DNA of 64,000 nucleotides from Octopus sinensis (Eukaryota): the NCBI RefSeq assembly GCF_006345805.1, contig NC_043024.1:3472001-3536000 (forward strand), read 5' to 3'. Positions 1 to 12,329 of the stretch are shown here, one piece after another. The translations under genes were made by a program, and so were the position numbers. Under the pieces are notes generated by a model. It was not told the DNA's origin. It did no database searches and was given only the letters and a program-made list of their open reading frames with translations. Each line of letters starts with the position of its first letter. Positions within the stretch are counted from its first letter, which is position 1.

Positions 1-481
1 TTTACGCTGAACAAAAATAAAATAAAACGAAAATAAATAATTAAAACATCTTATAAAACAATAAAAAAAATCAATAAACGAAATTTAGTGAAATTTGATT
101 TTTTTTGCTTTGAAAGAAACTGTGACTACATCACCTTACTCTTTGTGTATGAGTGTGTGTATGCGCGCGCGCGCATACATGCAAACATATTCATACACAT
201 TCTCACGTTCATACACACACACATCCATGCACACATACATTCATACTCTTATATTTCCATACATGCGAGCGCGCACTCTCTCTCTCTTACTTTCTCTCTT
301 TCTCTCTCCCAATCTCTCACACCCACATACACAGTAATCTATCGTAGGTCGAAGATTCATCCATTCAACCCACGCATAATGATATGTTTTATTCTTCTTT
401 GTATTATTTTCTTTGTCACGTAACTCATATCAGATTTTGGTTTTTCTCTTTTTCTTTTCCTTTATGTATTCCGCAAAGCTG

Positions 482-2260
482 GGGCTCTGATCACTCGACT
501 TAGATCAACCGAAAGCTTTCGATAGGGTCGACTACCACTACTTGGCAGCTGTCCTCGCAAAAGCTGGTTTTGGTCCCTTCTCTGGGGATAGGATTGTCGT
601 AATGTACGGCGACATTCGTTAAATGTTTAAGGTAAATGGCCACCAATAGAAATCCTTCAGTATCAAGCACTCGGCCCATCAAGATTGTCTCCTCTTGTCT
701 CTTCTGTATTCTTGGGCCACTATGGCAGAAATTGGAGACATTAGGACATCCGTATCAGTAGATGTGGACGGCATCAGCGTTATAGCATCGGACATCAAGG
801 ACATTGAAGTGATCGGCTCCGTTTTAAGGAACTACGAGGGGGTGACAGGAGCCAAATTCAACCAAGACGTCAGTGGGGCTACAGCTGGGCACTTGGAGAG
901 GCAGGTTCATCCCGGTCGTCAATGGTGTGGAGCGATGAACAGACGGCCCGATTAAATTGCTCGAGGTCTAATTTGGTCTAGACCTTCAGGTGGAGAACTG
1001 AGACAGGTGACGTGTAGCGTGGTTAGTTACACAAGAAATGGGCCAAGAGGAAGTTATCCCTGAAAAATGTGGCTGAGGTGACAAACACTTACACACCTCC
1101 GTCTTCTGCTACCGTTTGACCGAAGTGTTTGTCCCAGTTCATGTCTGACCGAAACGTCTATTCTTCCACGTTTAATAAAGGACGTGTTCCACTTACAATC
1201 AACACCCTGTGTGGAGAGAGCTGGACATGCCGTGGATGATGAAACGTCGGCATGTACAGAGGTTGCGACAGCAATTCCCTTGAAAGTAAACAGGTGTGGT
1301 CACCGTTTGTCAAGTGCGTTCTCCCACAAATCTTCTCCTTGAAAGAATTGCTGTCTTGGGTCAAGCAAAGACCGAGACTGGATGATTGGCACCTGGAATG
1401 TCGTCAAGTACTCATAAGCCTCTACCAGTCGGGTAATGTGGCGGGTGTTCTACAGGGTATTAGTGACATGCAAAAAAAAAGAGGTCCATGGGGTAACTCT
1501 GATTATCGATGAGAATCAACTGGCTTGTCTGTTCCGGAGAACTTTCGAGCCTGAGTCCATTAACAATTTCCAGAAACTGTTTCCTGCAAATGTTTCCGGG
1601 GGCATTGCCGGTTCAGGATAAACTTTACAGTCATGAAAGTTCCGCTGGCTGGGCATTGGCATGATGGGATCAGAGGAACGAAACCGCTTTCCACACACAT
1701 AAATGCAGGAGTGGCTGTGTGGTAAGTAGCTTGCTTACCAACCACATGGTTCCGGGTTCAGTCCCACTGCATGGCACCTTGGGCTAGTGTCTTCTACTAT
1801 AGCCTCGTGAGTGGATTTGGTAGACGGAAATTGAAAGAAGCCCGTCGTATATATGTATATGTATATATATATATGTGTGTTTGTCCCCACAGCATCGCTT
1901 GGCAACCGATGCTGGTGTGTTTACGTCCCCGTAACTTAGCGGTTCGGCAAAAGAGACCGATAGAATAAGTACTAGGCTTACAAAGAAGACACATCTTCTC
2001 TGGCCAAACTCTCACCAACTTTTATAAAGTTTCACTCGAAAGAAAAGTTAGGGTGGAGAGGGAAGTATTACTTTGCAACAAATTCTTTGGAAGAGGTAGC
2101 GAGGCGTGTATGGTCCTAATGAACGGGCCTGCTCTAAGATTGGAGAGTAACTGATAGAGGGTGCTGGTCTTAGAGGGCAGGGCAACCGTAATTTTTTGTG
2201 GAGATTCCACGAGTAGAGGAATCAGATGTCTTCATCCTGAAACAGTGGAAAGCTTTTTTG
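482..2260 (+). mobile_element. Decayed Tx1/L1-clade LINE, RT and C-terminal portion (interrupted by a SINE at ~1705-1987)
   Basis: Frameshifted translation LDQPKAFDRVDYHY (RT motif), HQDCLLLSLLY (QGCPLSPLLY-like), SVDVDGISVIASD...GAKFN (YADD region), FYKVSLERKVRVERE. Confidence 0.8.
1705..1987 (+). mobile_element. Abundant octopus tRNA-derived SINE, family 1 (aggagtggctgtgtggtaagtagcttgc...)
   Basis: tRNA-like head with GGTTCAGTCCC B box, internal (TA)/(TG)n; many copies in the window. Confidence 0.8.
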
Positions 2261-2389
2261 TTAATTTTTTTTTTTTGCTTTTGTTATTTCTCTTGTTTGC
2301 AAGTTCTTTTTATGTAATCCCACTCTGTATTGTCGTTCTGTGCAGCCTCTATCTTTCTGTTAACTTTTATGGTTAATAAAGAAAGATTA

Positions 2390-2465
<76 letters not shown>

Positions 2466-2565
2466 CATTGAGTGGGAGAGCCTTCAAAGTGACAGTATAC
2501 TCATCGTGACTACCCATTAGAAGCCATGAGAGCAAGTGCTTGGTACTGCATCAAGGCAATTATTA

Positions 2566-2604
<39 letters not shown>

Positions 2605-2747
2605 GTCATTGTCATCGTCGTCGTCGTCATCATCATCATTATCATCATCATCACCATCATTATTATAATTGTCATCATTATCATCATCATCATCGTCGTC
2701 GTCGTCGTTGTCGTCATCTCATCGTCGCCGTTGTCATCATCATCATT

Positions 2748-3203
2748 GACTGAGCTGCAGTCTTGGGTCAAGCGTAGAGCTAGCCAGGGTGTCTGATACC
2801 TTGAGTGCCATCAGACGCTCACAGTCTTCTGCCAGTTGGGTAATGTGGTCGGTGGAAGTTCCACTCTGGAGTTCTATTGAGGTTTAATGGTGAGCAAGAA
2901 CGATGACGTTCTTGGCGAGACTTTGGGCGTCGACGAAAATCAACTGGATGATCTGTTTCGGAGGACTTTCGAACCATCGTCCACGCATAATTCCCAAAAA
3001 TCCTTGACTTGACATTGCTAACTTTACAAGTATGGAAGTGCCGTCAATCGGTCCTACCCGAGATGCGTACACAGCGACGAAACTGTTCTGCACGAACTCG
3101 TCCAGAGACCGAGCATTGTTGATTTCTGAATATGTATCTGACACCTGCCGAGGTGTGTAGGACGAAACTGGCAAGCGGCTGAGTCCATTGTGAAGAACGT
3201 ACT
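2748..3203 (+). mobile_element. Tx1-like LINE C-terminal fragment
   Basis: Similar to 1350-1570 (tgggtcaagc..., gaaaatcaactgg...ctgtttcggaggactttcga); RCVHSDETVLH zinc-finger remnant. Confidence 0.65.
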
Positions 3204-3429
3204 CAACGTAGGCGCAGGAGTGGCTGTGTGGTAAGTAGCTTGCTTACCTCTGTCGTGGACAGACGTGATTTTTTGGCGGTGAGTCAAACGTTCTGTTGAA
3301 CGTTGGAAAATTTTTCTGTTGGAATTGTTGTTTATTGTTGAATATTGTTGAACTTCGAAAATGTTTGTGCTTTTTCCCGGTGACGGGAGAAAATAATTGT
3401 TGAAATATTGAAATTATTAATATTATTAA

Positions 3430-6400
3430 TACTGAATATTATTAATATTGAACTTATTAAAGCCGTTGTAGGCTTTATTGTCGTGCCCCTCCCCCAGCGG
3501 GGGTGGGATTTGAACTGTTATCCTCATTAAGAGGAAAAAAATATTATAGGTTTCCCGTTTTGGGGGATACTATATATTTATTACTGCGTGAAAAATTTAA
3601 TTTCGAGCGTTGTAGGCTTTGTTACTACGTCTCGCCCCCCAGCGGGAGTGGGATTTGAACTGTTGTCCTCGTTGAGAGAAAGAAAAAGTAAAAAATTATA
3701 GGTTTCCCATTTGCTGGGATTAAATTGTGTATAATTTATTTCGAACGAAATATGTCGGTCGAAATAATTCAAGAAACAAACCAGCTGCATGAGCCAGCAA
3801 AAAAGTTCGCGGTAGAAGCCGCTGTTTCGTGTAAAAGTGTTGTAATAGAAACCGAGAAGCTCTCCGAGATTTTTGAGAGAATGAAAGGGGAGGGTGGGGA
3901 TATAAAGATGTCACCCTCCCCTAGTGTTGAAAATGTGAAGAGAAGGACAGTCGTTTACAAAACGTACCATCCTTCATCGAAAAAATTCAAGCACTTCGAA
4001 AAGTGCGAAATAGAAAATGCCTGGCCCCTATATGGAAAGATATAAAATACATAGCGAGGGGCCGGGCATATGGAACAATAGAGGCTAGATTTGAGACGGC
4101 CGAAAAAGCCCAAGAGCACTCAGTGAGTCTTCTGAAAACGAAGGAGGTGGTGCTGCTCCCAACATACATGGGAAGGAGAACAGCACGCGTTAGAATAAAC
4201 GAAGTACCACCAGAAATTGAGGCAAGAGAGGTGATGGCCTCCCTGTTGTATAACAGGACGGACAAAATCACCTTCCTCCAAATCACATGCACTGCCCCAC
4301 AAAATTGGCAAGGGCAGAGCATCTTTGCGATTATTCAGGGAAAACAAGAGGACATTGAAATGCTGCCAGAAAGAGTGCTCTTGGGGGAAGATATTGCCCT
4401 CAAGATTCAAGTTGAGGGCAAAAAGCCCACGTGTTTCGAATGTGATAAAAAAAGGCCACATTCGCGTAGACTATGAAATATGGAAAAAAAGAAAATAAGC
4501 GCTCAGACATCAGGCCCTTCAACTATAGAAAAAGACCCCAAACCCGCAAACAAATTAGCCTCCACAGAAACAAATACTCCCACCCCACCATCTGTGGCAC
4601 CCGCTCCCAAGCAAAACACCCCAAAAACCCAGGCCATGCACACACCGGTCCCGATAGAAACAAATGCACCCGCCTCCCTCTGAAGTAACAACTCCTCTGG
4701 AAGCCACCATGAAGGTGACCGAGGGGGGTGTTAAAGACACATGCATCTTCCCCATCCATATCCCCTATAAAAAAAAGAAGAAAAATAACACACCACAGAC
4801 AAAAAAAGATCCCGCTCCACTGTCCCAGAAGAGAAAATAAAAAAGAACAAAAACAGAACAAAAACCCTGGTAAAATTTGATACCAGGGATAAATATATTA
4901 TGGACACATTAAAAAGGCACCACACCGTGGAGCTGTTGCAGCAGCCCGAAGGTACGGAAGAGAGATGTGCCTGGATACCAGAAAAACTGTATAATGAAAT
5001 GAAGGGTAGGCATCCGAGGACCATCACGAACATCCCGGACCTTCCGCGGTATTTGAAGGAGTAGGAGGAAAGGACTGCCTCACGTGTGGTGAGGTCAGCC
5101 CCAGCATCACCTATTAAAGGAAAAAGTCCAAAGAGTAAGTAGAACCCTTGATTTTCTTTTGTTTTAAATGACTGCACTTAATCTTGGGTGTTTGAATGTG
5201 CGTGGTCTGAGCTCGAAGTGGAAGCAAGCTTGTTTCCTCGACGATCTTAGATCACATGATATGCATGTGATGGTTGCTACAGAGACCAAGAGAAAATCAT
5301 GTCTTCTAGCCGGACCGGAGGGGGGACGAGGGGGTGTAGTAGTACTGGTTCGGAAAGGCTTGGCTCTGCAGACAAGTACAGTCTATGTAGACCCAGAAGG
5401 TGGGCTGGTCTCCTTGATGTGACATACAGCAGTAAAGCCTTCAGGCTGATCGGGATCTATGCACCTTGTGCTAGAGGATTTCAAACTGATTTTTGTCGGC
5501 GCCTAGAGAACTTTCTCGTGACGTCGAAGACATTAGTAGTGTTAGGTGACTATAACGCTATTGTTGATGCACGCATCGATAGCGTTGGCTCGATCTATAG
5601 GAAAGTAAACTCACGTCTCGTTGATCTGCTCAAGCGGTTTCAGCTGGCAGATCGTTACAGACTTGACCATCCGAACGCCCCAGAGTGGACCTGCATGAGT
5701 GGCGACGGAAGGTTCAAGTCCTATTTTGATAGGATAGTGATAAGAACTGGAGATAAGTCTAGTTTTAGCTGTCCACAGCTTATCCAAGTAGCTTACACTT
5801 ACCATAGAATGGTTAAGTGTAGACTGGACATAGATAGTACAGTTAAGAGAGGATCCGGCTACTGGAAGCTGAACAAGTTTATTTTGACTTGCGAGGCATA
5901 CCGTAGCCGGATTGAGGAATTAATACAGAGGGCGTTAACCGGCGCGGTGGTTAATAACCGATGGTGGTTCGCTCTCAAGAGAGCCATTCGTTTTGAGTCA
6001 GCTAAGACTAGATAAGGCCAGAATAGAAGGGCAACTAGTTAAGGACCTAGAGGAGGCGTTGAGGTTGGGCTCCACGTCTCACATTTTGGCAGCGAGAACG
6101 CCCTTGGACCGTCACCTCAAAGCCAAACATGAGGGGTGCAGAGTTCAGGCTAAAGTGCGCGCATTGGGCCGTGAGGGAATTAATGTTGCCGGATGGGCCC
6201 TTACGGTAGAAACCCAGCGTGGTAATGATGCCACAATTAGGTCTCTCGTGGATGACAATCGGTGTTCGGTCGATGGACGGATTTACAAGCACTTTGCCGA
6301 GTTGTTTGGGAGTGGCGGGGCGCTGGATCATGGCGAGGCCCATAGGAACTTCCTGTCTGGCGGCCCGCGTCTCTCAGCACGAGAAACTGAGTGCTGTGAA

Positions 6401-6440
6401 GGGCCAATACGGCCGAGGAAGTGATCGAGGTACTGGGCGA
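3430..6440 (+). mobile_element. Tx1/L1-clade LINE 5' half: 5' UTR, ORF1 (gag-like, CCHC knuckle) and ORF2 APE endonuclease, frameshifted and 3'-truncated
   Basis: ORF1 ...GKKPTCFECDKK(G)H; ORF2 MTALNLGCLNVRGL...ATETK, IYAP, VVLGDYNA, FDRI, GYWKLN. Confidence 0.88.
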
Positions 6441-6644
6441 ATGCCCCGGGGAGAAGTCGTTAGTACGTCGATGCTTAAAGGCTTTTCGTTCGTCTTTACA
6501 TTCTGATTTTGTATACCGCCGAGGCCGACTTCGCCTTTCATCCTTTTGGAGTCGATAAATTAAATACTAATGAGATCGATCTAATTGATTAGACCCCTCC
6601 CCCTAAAATTTCAGGCCTTGTACCTATAGTAGAAAGAATTATTA

Positions 6645-7500
6645 TTTTTATTCACTTCACTTCTCCTGGTTCATCTATGTCTATGTCACGCTCCAGCTCC
6701 ATCCCGCAGCTTAGAGACGCAACACTTTACTCAACACATGAGCTGTTCCAAATATAGCTGCCATCTGAATACTTCCTAAAATGCCTGAATATTGCTGCTT
6801 TTGAGATGGTCCCAAATACATCGATCACAATAGGAACCATACTCACTTTTGATGCTCTATGAATTCTTTCATCTTCCAATCCTAGGTTTTGGTTCTGCCT
6901 TACATTCTCGTCCTCTGTCTCTGCAGGTATACCAACGTCAATGTAGGTCCATTCTTTGGATTCCTTCAGTAGAAAAGTCATACATGGTCAGTTATGTTGC
7001 AATGTTTTGTCTGTACATATTGGCATATCCCATGAGAGTTTTACCTGATTATTCTCTGCTACTAGTAAAGGTTGGTGTTCATACCACTTGTTGGAACATT
7101 CTAGTCCATCATTGTTCATCAGCTTCACCTACTGTTTGTTGAAAAACTCTCCGCATAGGACTTTCTCTTTCCAGTTGATAATATTTTCTCTATTAGTCCT
7201 CATATTGGACTACTGGAGGATCTCACAATTGTCACTGATCTCCTCACTCAGAGAAGCCTGCAACATTCTTTCATCATTATTCTTCAGATAGGCATGCAAA
7301 GACTTGATCTCCTTCGCAACACTATCTTCTATCCCAACCAGTCCTCTTCCACCTTCCTTCCTAGGTAAGTATAGCCTTGCTACGTTACTTCTAGTATGAA
7401 GGCACTCATGCCCAGCCATAACTTGCCTAGTTTTATTTGTCCATATTGACAAGTTCTTCCTTTGTCCATTTCACAATACCTGGATAGTAATGTAACACAG
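6645..7500 (-). mobile_element. Dong/R4-clade (RLE) LINE fragment
   Basis: RLYLPRKEGGRGL thumb motif; YIDVGIP...VPIVIDVFG RLE remnant; (AAT)n flank. Confidence 0.8.
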
Positions 7501-7527
7501 CCCGCACGTTGATGCTTCTAATCAAAA

Positions 7528-7610
<83 letters not shown>

Positions 7611-7639
7611 ATATTATTGTTATTATTATTATTACTAGT

Positions 7640-8575
7640 TTGGTTTGGCTCAGGTTCGGTCCCTATTCCTGGTAGGAATTATATGGATAGCGGGTTACTA
7701 TCTGTAATCTTAGATATCCACAAGTTTTCAGTAGTCTTTCAAGTGCTTAGAACCCTGCTGATCCCTAAGATACAAACTTTCTGTAGGAGCTCTACCAGGC
7801 ATTCTATTCCAATCTCCTTCAACTATTTGTCTATATCTTTCCTTATTGTTCATAACATACCAATCATTATAGACAAGACCTTTACTGTTCGCATGCCCTA
7901 AATTCTTCCTATTTCAAACTTTACGGGATTAGATTTTTTGTTTGTTTGTTTTTCTTCCCCTTTCTTTACGATCCTGGAATCAAACGGGCATGATGGATCG
8001 ATAAGTAAGCAACTTCGCTTTTCCTTATCTATAATCGCTATGTTTGGTCTATTACTTTCTAATTTCTTGTCCGTTTGAATAGGAAAGTCCCACAAAATCT
8101 TACATTTTTCCGACTGCAATACTCTTTCGACTCAATAATTGTATTATGTGTTTCCAGCTTCAAATCCCCATTTCTGGCACAGTTCCAGTGTATAACAATC
8201 TGCTCGAGCCTCCATTTCTTATATTTTTCCTGTGCCAACTTGGAGCATTCAACCATAATGTACCACTATCTCGTTCCAAGTTCCACAGGCTCTACATTTT
8301 TCTGACACATTCTCTCCATATACATTTTTCTCAAGTTGTTTGATTTTATCGCTTGATCTTGGGCTGCTACAATTAGGCTCTCTGCTTTTTGCTTTTTTTT
8401 TTTTTAATTGCCCCCCTTTTAACAAATCCCAGGATTTTGTTCCACATATGTCTTCAGTGGTTCACCAAAATTGGTCATACTGAGGTTTCTCTCCGATCTG
8501 TCTGTCAGGCTCTCTTTGTAGTTTGTTCTTGTCCTTTTCTCCTATTATGCACTTCATCACCAGTTATTATTACTA
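7640..8575 (-). mobile_element. Dong/R4-clade LINE 3' fragment
   Basis: CSKLAQEKYK..HW zinc-knuckle region; KILWDFPIQTDKKLESNRPNIAIIDK...LID..P (PD-D RLE); LLQKVCILG C-terminus. Confidence 0.8.
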
Positions 8576-8585
8576 TTCTTTTATT

Positions 8586-8789
8586 CTTTTACTTGTTTCA
8601 GTCATTTGAGTGCAGCCATGCTGGAGCACCACCTTTAGTCGAATAAAATCGACCCCAGGACTTATTCTTTATAAGCCTAGTACTTATTCTATCAGTTTCT
8701 TTTGCCGAACTGCTAAGTTACGGGGACCTAAACACACCAGCATCGGTTGTCAAGCGATGGCGGAGGGGGGGGACAAACACAGATACACA

Positions 8790-8846
<57 letters not shown>

Positions 8847-9010
8847 GACGGGCTTCTTTCAGTTTCCGTCTACCAAACCCACTCACAAGGCTTTGGTTGG
8901 CCCGAATCTATAGTAGAAGACACTTGCCCAAGGTGCCACGCAGTGGGACTGAACCCGGAACCATGTGGTTGGTAAGCAAGCTACTTACCATACGGCCACT
9001 CCTGCGCCTA
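8586..9010 (-). mobile_element. SINE family 1, full copy
   Basis: Reverse complement of 1705/51114/61446 copies. Confidence 0.85.
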
Positions 9011-9054
9011 AATAAGAATTTCACTCTGCGTACTAGCGTTTCTGCCAGCTCGCC

Positions 9055-9089
<35 letters not shown>

Positions 9090-9642
9090 GAGTGAGAGAG
9101 CAGTGCATGCCATCAAAGTGACACTGGGGTAAAATATACGAAGCCCAATATACCCATCATGACTACCCGTCTGATAAAGGTACACCAGGCACATGCATCA
9201 CAACCATATGTGCGCGACATGGTGATCTCATATCAAGATAAACAGCACATGACCTTGCAGGTGGGGCCCAGTTAGAATTTTCTTCAGATTGAGTAACCCA
9301 TCCTGCTCAAACGGTCCCTGAATAAGGGTTGTTTAAGGATGTTGAAAGAACCACCCATGTTTCCAGAGGTGAACTATTCAAACCCCAAAGAATCCCTCTC
9401 AACACATGGCTATGATGCTCCCCCACTACTTCTGCTCGTGATCAGAGATGCACATATTGTCAGCCACGAAGGGACATGCTCAACTGGTTAAGGTCAAACA
9501 ACTGACAAGCAAATCTGTGGTATTGAGCAGAATATTTGCTGTAGCCCATCTTTTATACCAAGACAAAACAATGTACATGATAACACTTCCAATCAGTTAA
9601 GATCAGAAGCCATGAGAGCCACTGCCTGGTACTGCATCAGGG

Positions 9643-9644
<2 letters not shown>
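9090..9644 (-). mobile_element. ~555-bp non-coding element inserted in (AAT)n (family also at 16835-17357, 17475-18078, and internally deleted at 2470-2558)
   Basis: Near-identical copies; no TIRs or ORF; flanked on both sides by AAT/ATT repeats. Strand inferred from truncation polarity. Confidence 0.75.
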
Positions 9645-9713
<69 letters not shown>

Positions 9714-9739
9714 ATAGTAGTAGTAGTAGTAGTAGTCAA

Positions 9740-11500
9740 CGTTTGATAATTTCAGACTTCTACTGCATCACCTGCTATACCTCCGTGTTGCTGGGGGTAG
9801 GTGGGCGGGGGTGCATTATTGTGTGTTCTTTTGTTGTTGTTGTTGTTGGTGGCGGTGCCCAAACTCTTTTCGGTATTGTATCAGTTTGTTTTGTTACGGG
9901 GTTTGGTTAGTCTTTTGTTGCATTAGTGTCCGTATTGTGTGTTTGCGTGTGTAATGTGAGTTGTGCTCTCCTGTTGGGTATCCATCCTGTAGAGCACATG
10001 TTGTGATGGCTGTTTGTTTTATTGGATATTTTCTGTGTAGAGTGTACCTTGTGTTTGTGGATTGTTTTATTCTAGTTGTATTATTGAATTGGTAGTGTCT
10101 TGTAGAATGTGGGCGGTTCCTAGCAGGGCTATTTTTTGGATAGTGTTGAGGATCCAGGTATAGCTTCTACGTTTTTGTTCATATGTTCTCTATTTTTATC
10201 GTACTCAATATTCCGATTATTACAATGGTATTGTTTTCACCTTCACATCCTACATCTTGAATACTTCAATTTCGATGATTCAACAAAACCTGTTACTCTG
10301 AGTTTTCCGTTGCCGTTCATCGGACAGTTTTTGCTAGAATGGTCCATTCTAGCAAAAACTGTCCGATGAATGGCAATGCGAAACTCAGAGTAACAGGTTT
10401 TGTTGAATTTTCTGCTGTAAATAAAGCATATTACTCTACCACTGGTATTTGAGTACTCTTTTTTCCACCTTGTTTCACATTTATGTGTTTACTCCGGTAT
10501 ATATATATAGCCAGAGATGATGTGGCCAACTGTCTCATTGTACTGGTTGCACATTCTGCATTTGGTGTTAGAGCCTGGTTTCATTATTTTGCTTTTATAA
10601 TCATTTGTGGTCAGACACTGGTCTTGTGCAGCGAAAATCAGCCCTTCCCTTTCAGCTTTTAGTCCAGGGCTTTTGAGCCATTGTTGGCTTTTACTTAGGC
10701 TCATTTCTTCTCAGCCAAGCCTTGAAGGGTATTGGCCATGCAGTGATTTTCCTCTCTATTTCTTTTTTAGTATATTTTGTAGTTCTGTTTTCATGTTGTT
10801 TCTTGTCTCTTTGGCCATTTCTGCGGTGTCGTCTGATATCAGTGAATCAGAGTAATTTTTTCTGTTCTGTGGGGTTTTTTTTTTGTCGCTTCCTTGTGTA
10901 TAGAGAAAAGCATTTTCTTTCTTCGTGTGACTTTATTACATGTAGTGGCGCGTGGTTTAATGGTTAGGGTGTTGAACTCATGGTCGTAAGATTGTGGTTT
11001 CCATTCCTGGACCGAGCCACGCGTTGTGTTCTTGAGCAAAACACTTCATTTCACGGTGCTCCAGTCAAAACTGAGTAATCATGTGACATACCGGCGTCCC
11101 GTGCAGGTAGGGAATTTATATGCCATGGAAACCGGAAAACCAACCCTTATGAGTCTGTATGACTCGGGAAGGAACTTTACTTTACCTTTTTATCACATGT
11201 AGTAGTCTTCCACTGTTTGTTTCTTAATACTTTTCTAATTCAACTATTGTTATTTTATAGTAGTTCTCTACCTATGTGAAGCCGCTACCTGCTTGTGAGT
11301 GGGATAGATATATTCTGTCTATGTCTGCTTTGGAGTGGTGGCTTCGGTATACTGTTGATAGTTTTCTGGTTTTTCTAAGTTACTCAATTCACTGATCTTC
11401 CAGTTTGTTATGTTGAAGCCGTAATTTATGACTGGTATGGCTATTATCTTATTTTCAGCATTGAATTCGCTGTTTAATATTAGTCATTGGCATTGAGTTC
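9740..11500 (-). mobile_element. Dong/R4-clade LINE, internally deleted and interrupted by a hammerhead element (10278-10497) and a SINE (~10942-11190)
   Basis: AIPVINYGFNITNW (RT end), WLKSPGLKAEREGLIFAAQDQ..CRMC...ETVGHIISG (CCHC), TIQKIALLGTAHIL (C-terminus). Confidence 0.8.
10278..10497. mobile_element. Palindromic non-autonomous element with hammerhead-like motifs (family also at 63366-63545)
   Basis: 63-bp inverted arms 10278-10340 / 10346-10408, each containing CCGATGA...GAAA-CTCAGAG-TA; unique tail ends at a (TA)n run. Confidence 0.7.
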
Positions 11501-11539
11501 AGTGTTTGTTGTTGTCATTATTATGGTTGTTGTTGTTGT

Positions 11540-11850
11540 TTCTTCAAATTTTCTTCCATTTCTCGCCAAGTGTTTTCCGTACACCTTGGGCAGAGAAGCT
11601 CATTTGTATGCATTCCCAGATTACACACGCAAATTCACAGGTAAAATATGTGTTTAAAAAATTAATAAATAAATAAATAAATTCATGAATGGATGTTGCT
11701 TTCACAGCGATAATGCTCTTCTCAGTACATGAGTCGTTCCAGTTAACACGATTTTTTGCACTTCCTGTAGGGATGGTAAGCCTGGTATCATTTTCAAATA
11801 GGTTTCAGTACCTTTTTTTTTATCATTCCTAGAGATCCTACAATCACTGG
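11540..11850 (-). mobile_element. Dong/R4-type 3' end (second subfamily)
   Basis: LPSLQEVQKIVLTGTTHVLRRALSL*; similar to 19020-19410. Confidence 0.6.
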
Positions 11851-11853
11851 TAC

Positions 11854-11912
<59 letters not shown>

Positions 11913-11914
<2 letters not shown>

Positions 11915-12290
11915 GGCGGCGAGCTGGCAGAAACGTTATGACGCCGGGCGAAATGCTTAGCGGCATTTCGTCTGCCGCTACGTTCTGAGTTCAAATTCCG
12001 CCGAGGTCGACTTTGCCATTCATCCTTTCGGGGTCGATAGATTAAGTACCAGATACGCACTGAGGTCGATATAATCGACTTAATCCGTTTGTCTGTCCAT
12101 GTTTGTCCTCTCTGTGTTTAGCCCCTTGTGGATAGTAAAGAAATAGGTATTTCGTCTGTCTTCAAATTCCGCCGAGGTTGACTTTGCTTTTCATCCTTTC
12201 ATCCTTTCGGGGTCGATTAAATAAGTACCAGATAAACACTGTGGTCGGTGTAAATTGACTTATCCTCTCCCCCAAAATTGCTTTCCTTGT
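11913..12290 (+). mobile_element. tRNA-derived SINE family 2 (aaggcggcgagctggcagaaacgttag...; central cctttcatcctttcggggtcgat, Meta-domain-like); further copies ~19400-19600, 22860-23080, 23555-23760, 38200-38400, 38594-38950, 54590-54790
   Basis: GAGTTCAAATTCC B box; recurrent conserved central block; resemblance to the MetaSINE domain is from recall, not alignment. Confidence 0.75.
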
Positions 12291-12329
12291 GGCAAAATTT
12301 GAAACCATCATCATCATCATCATCATCCA

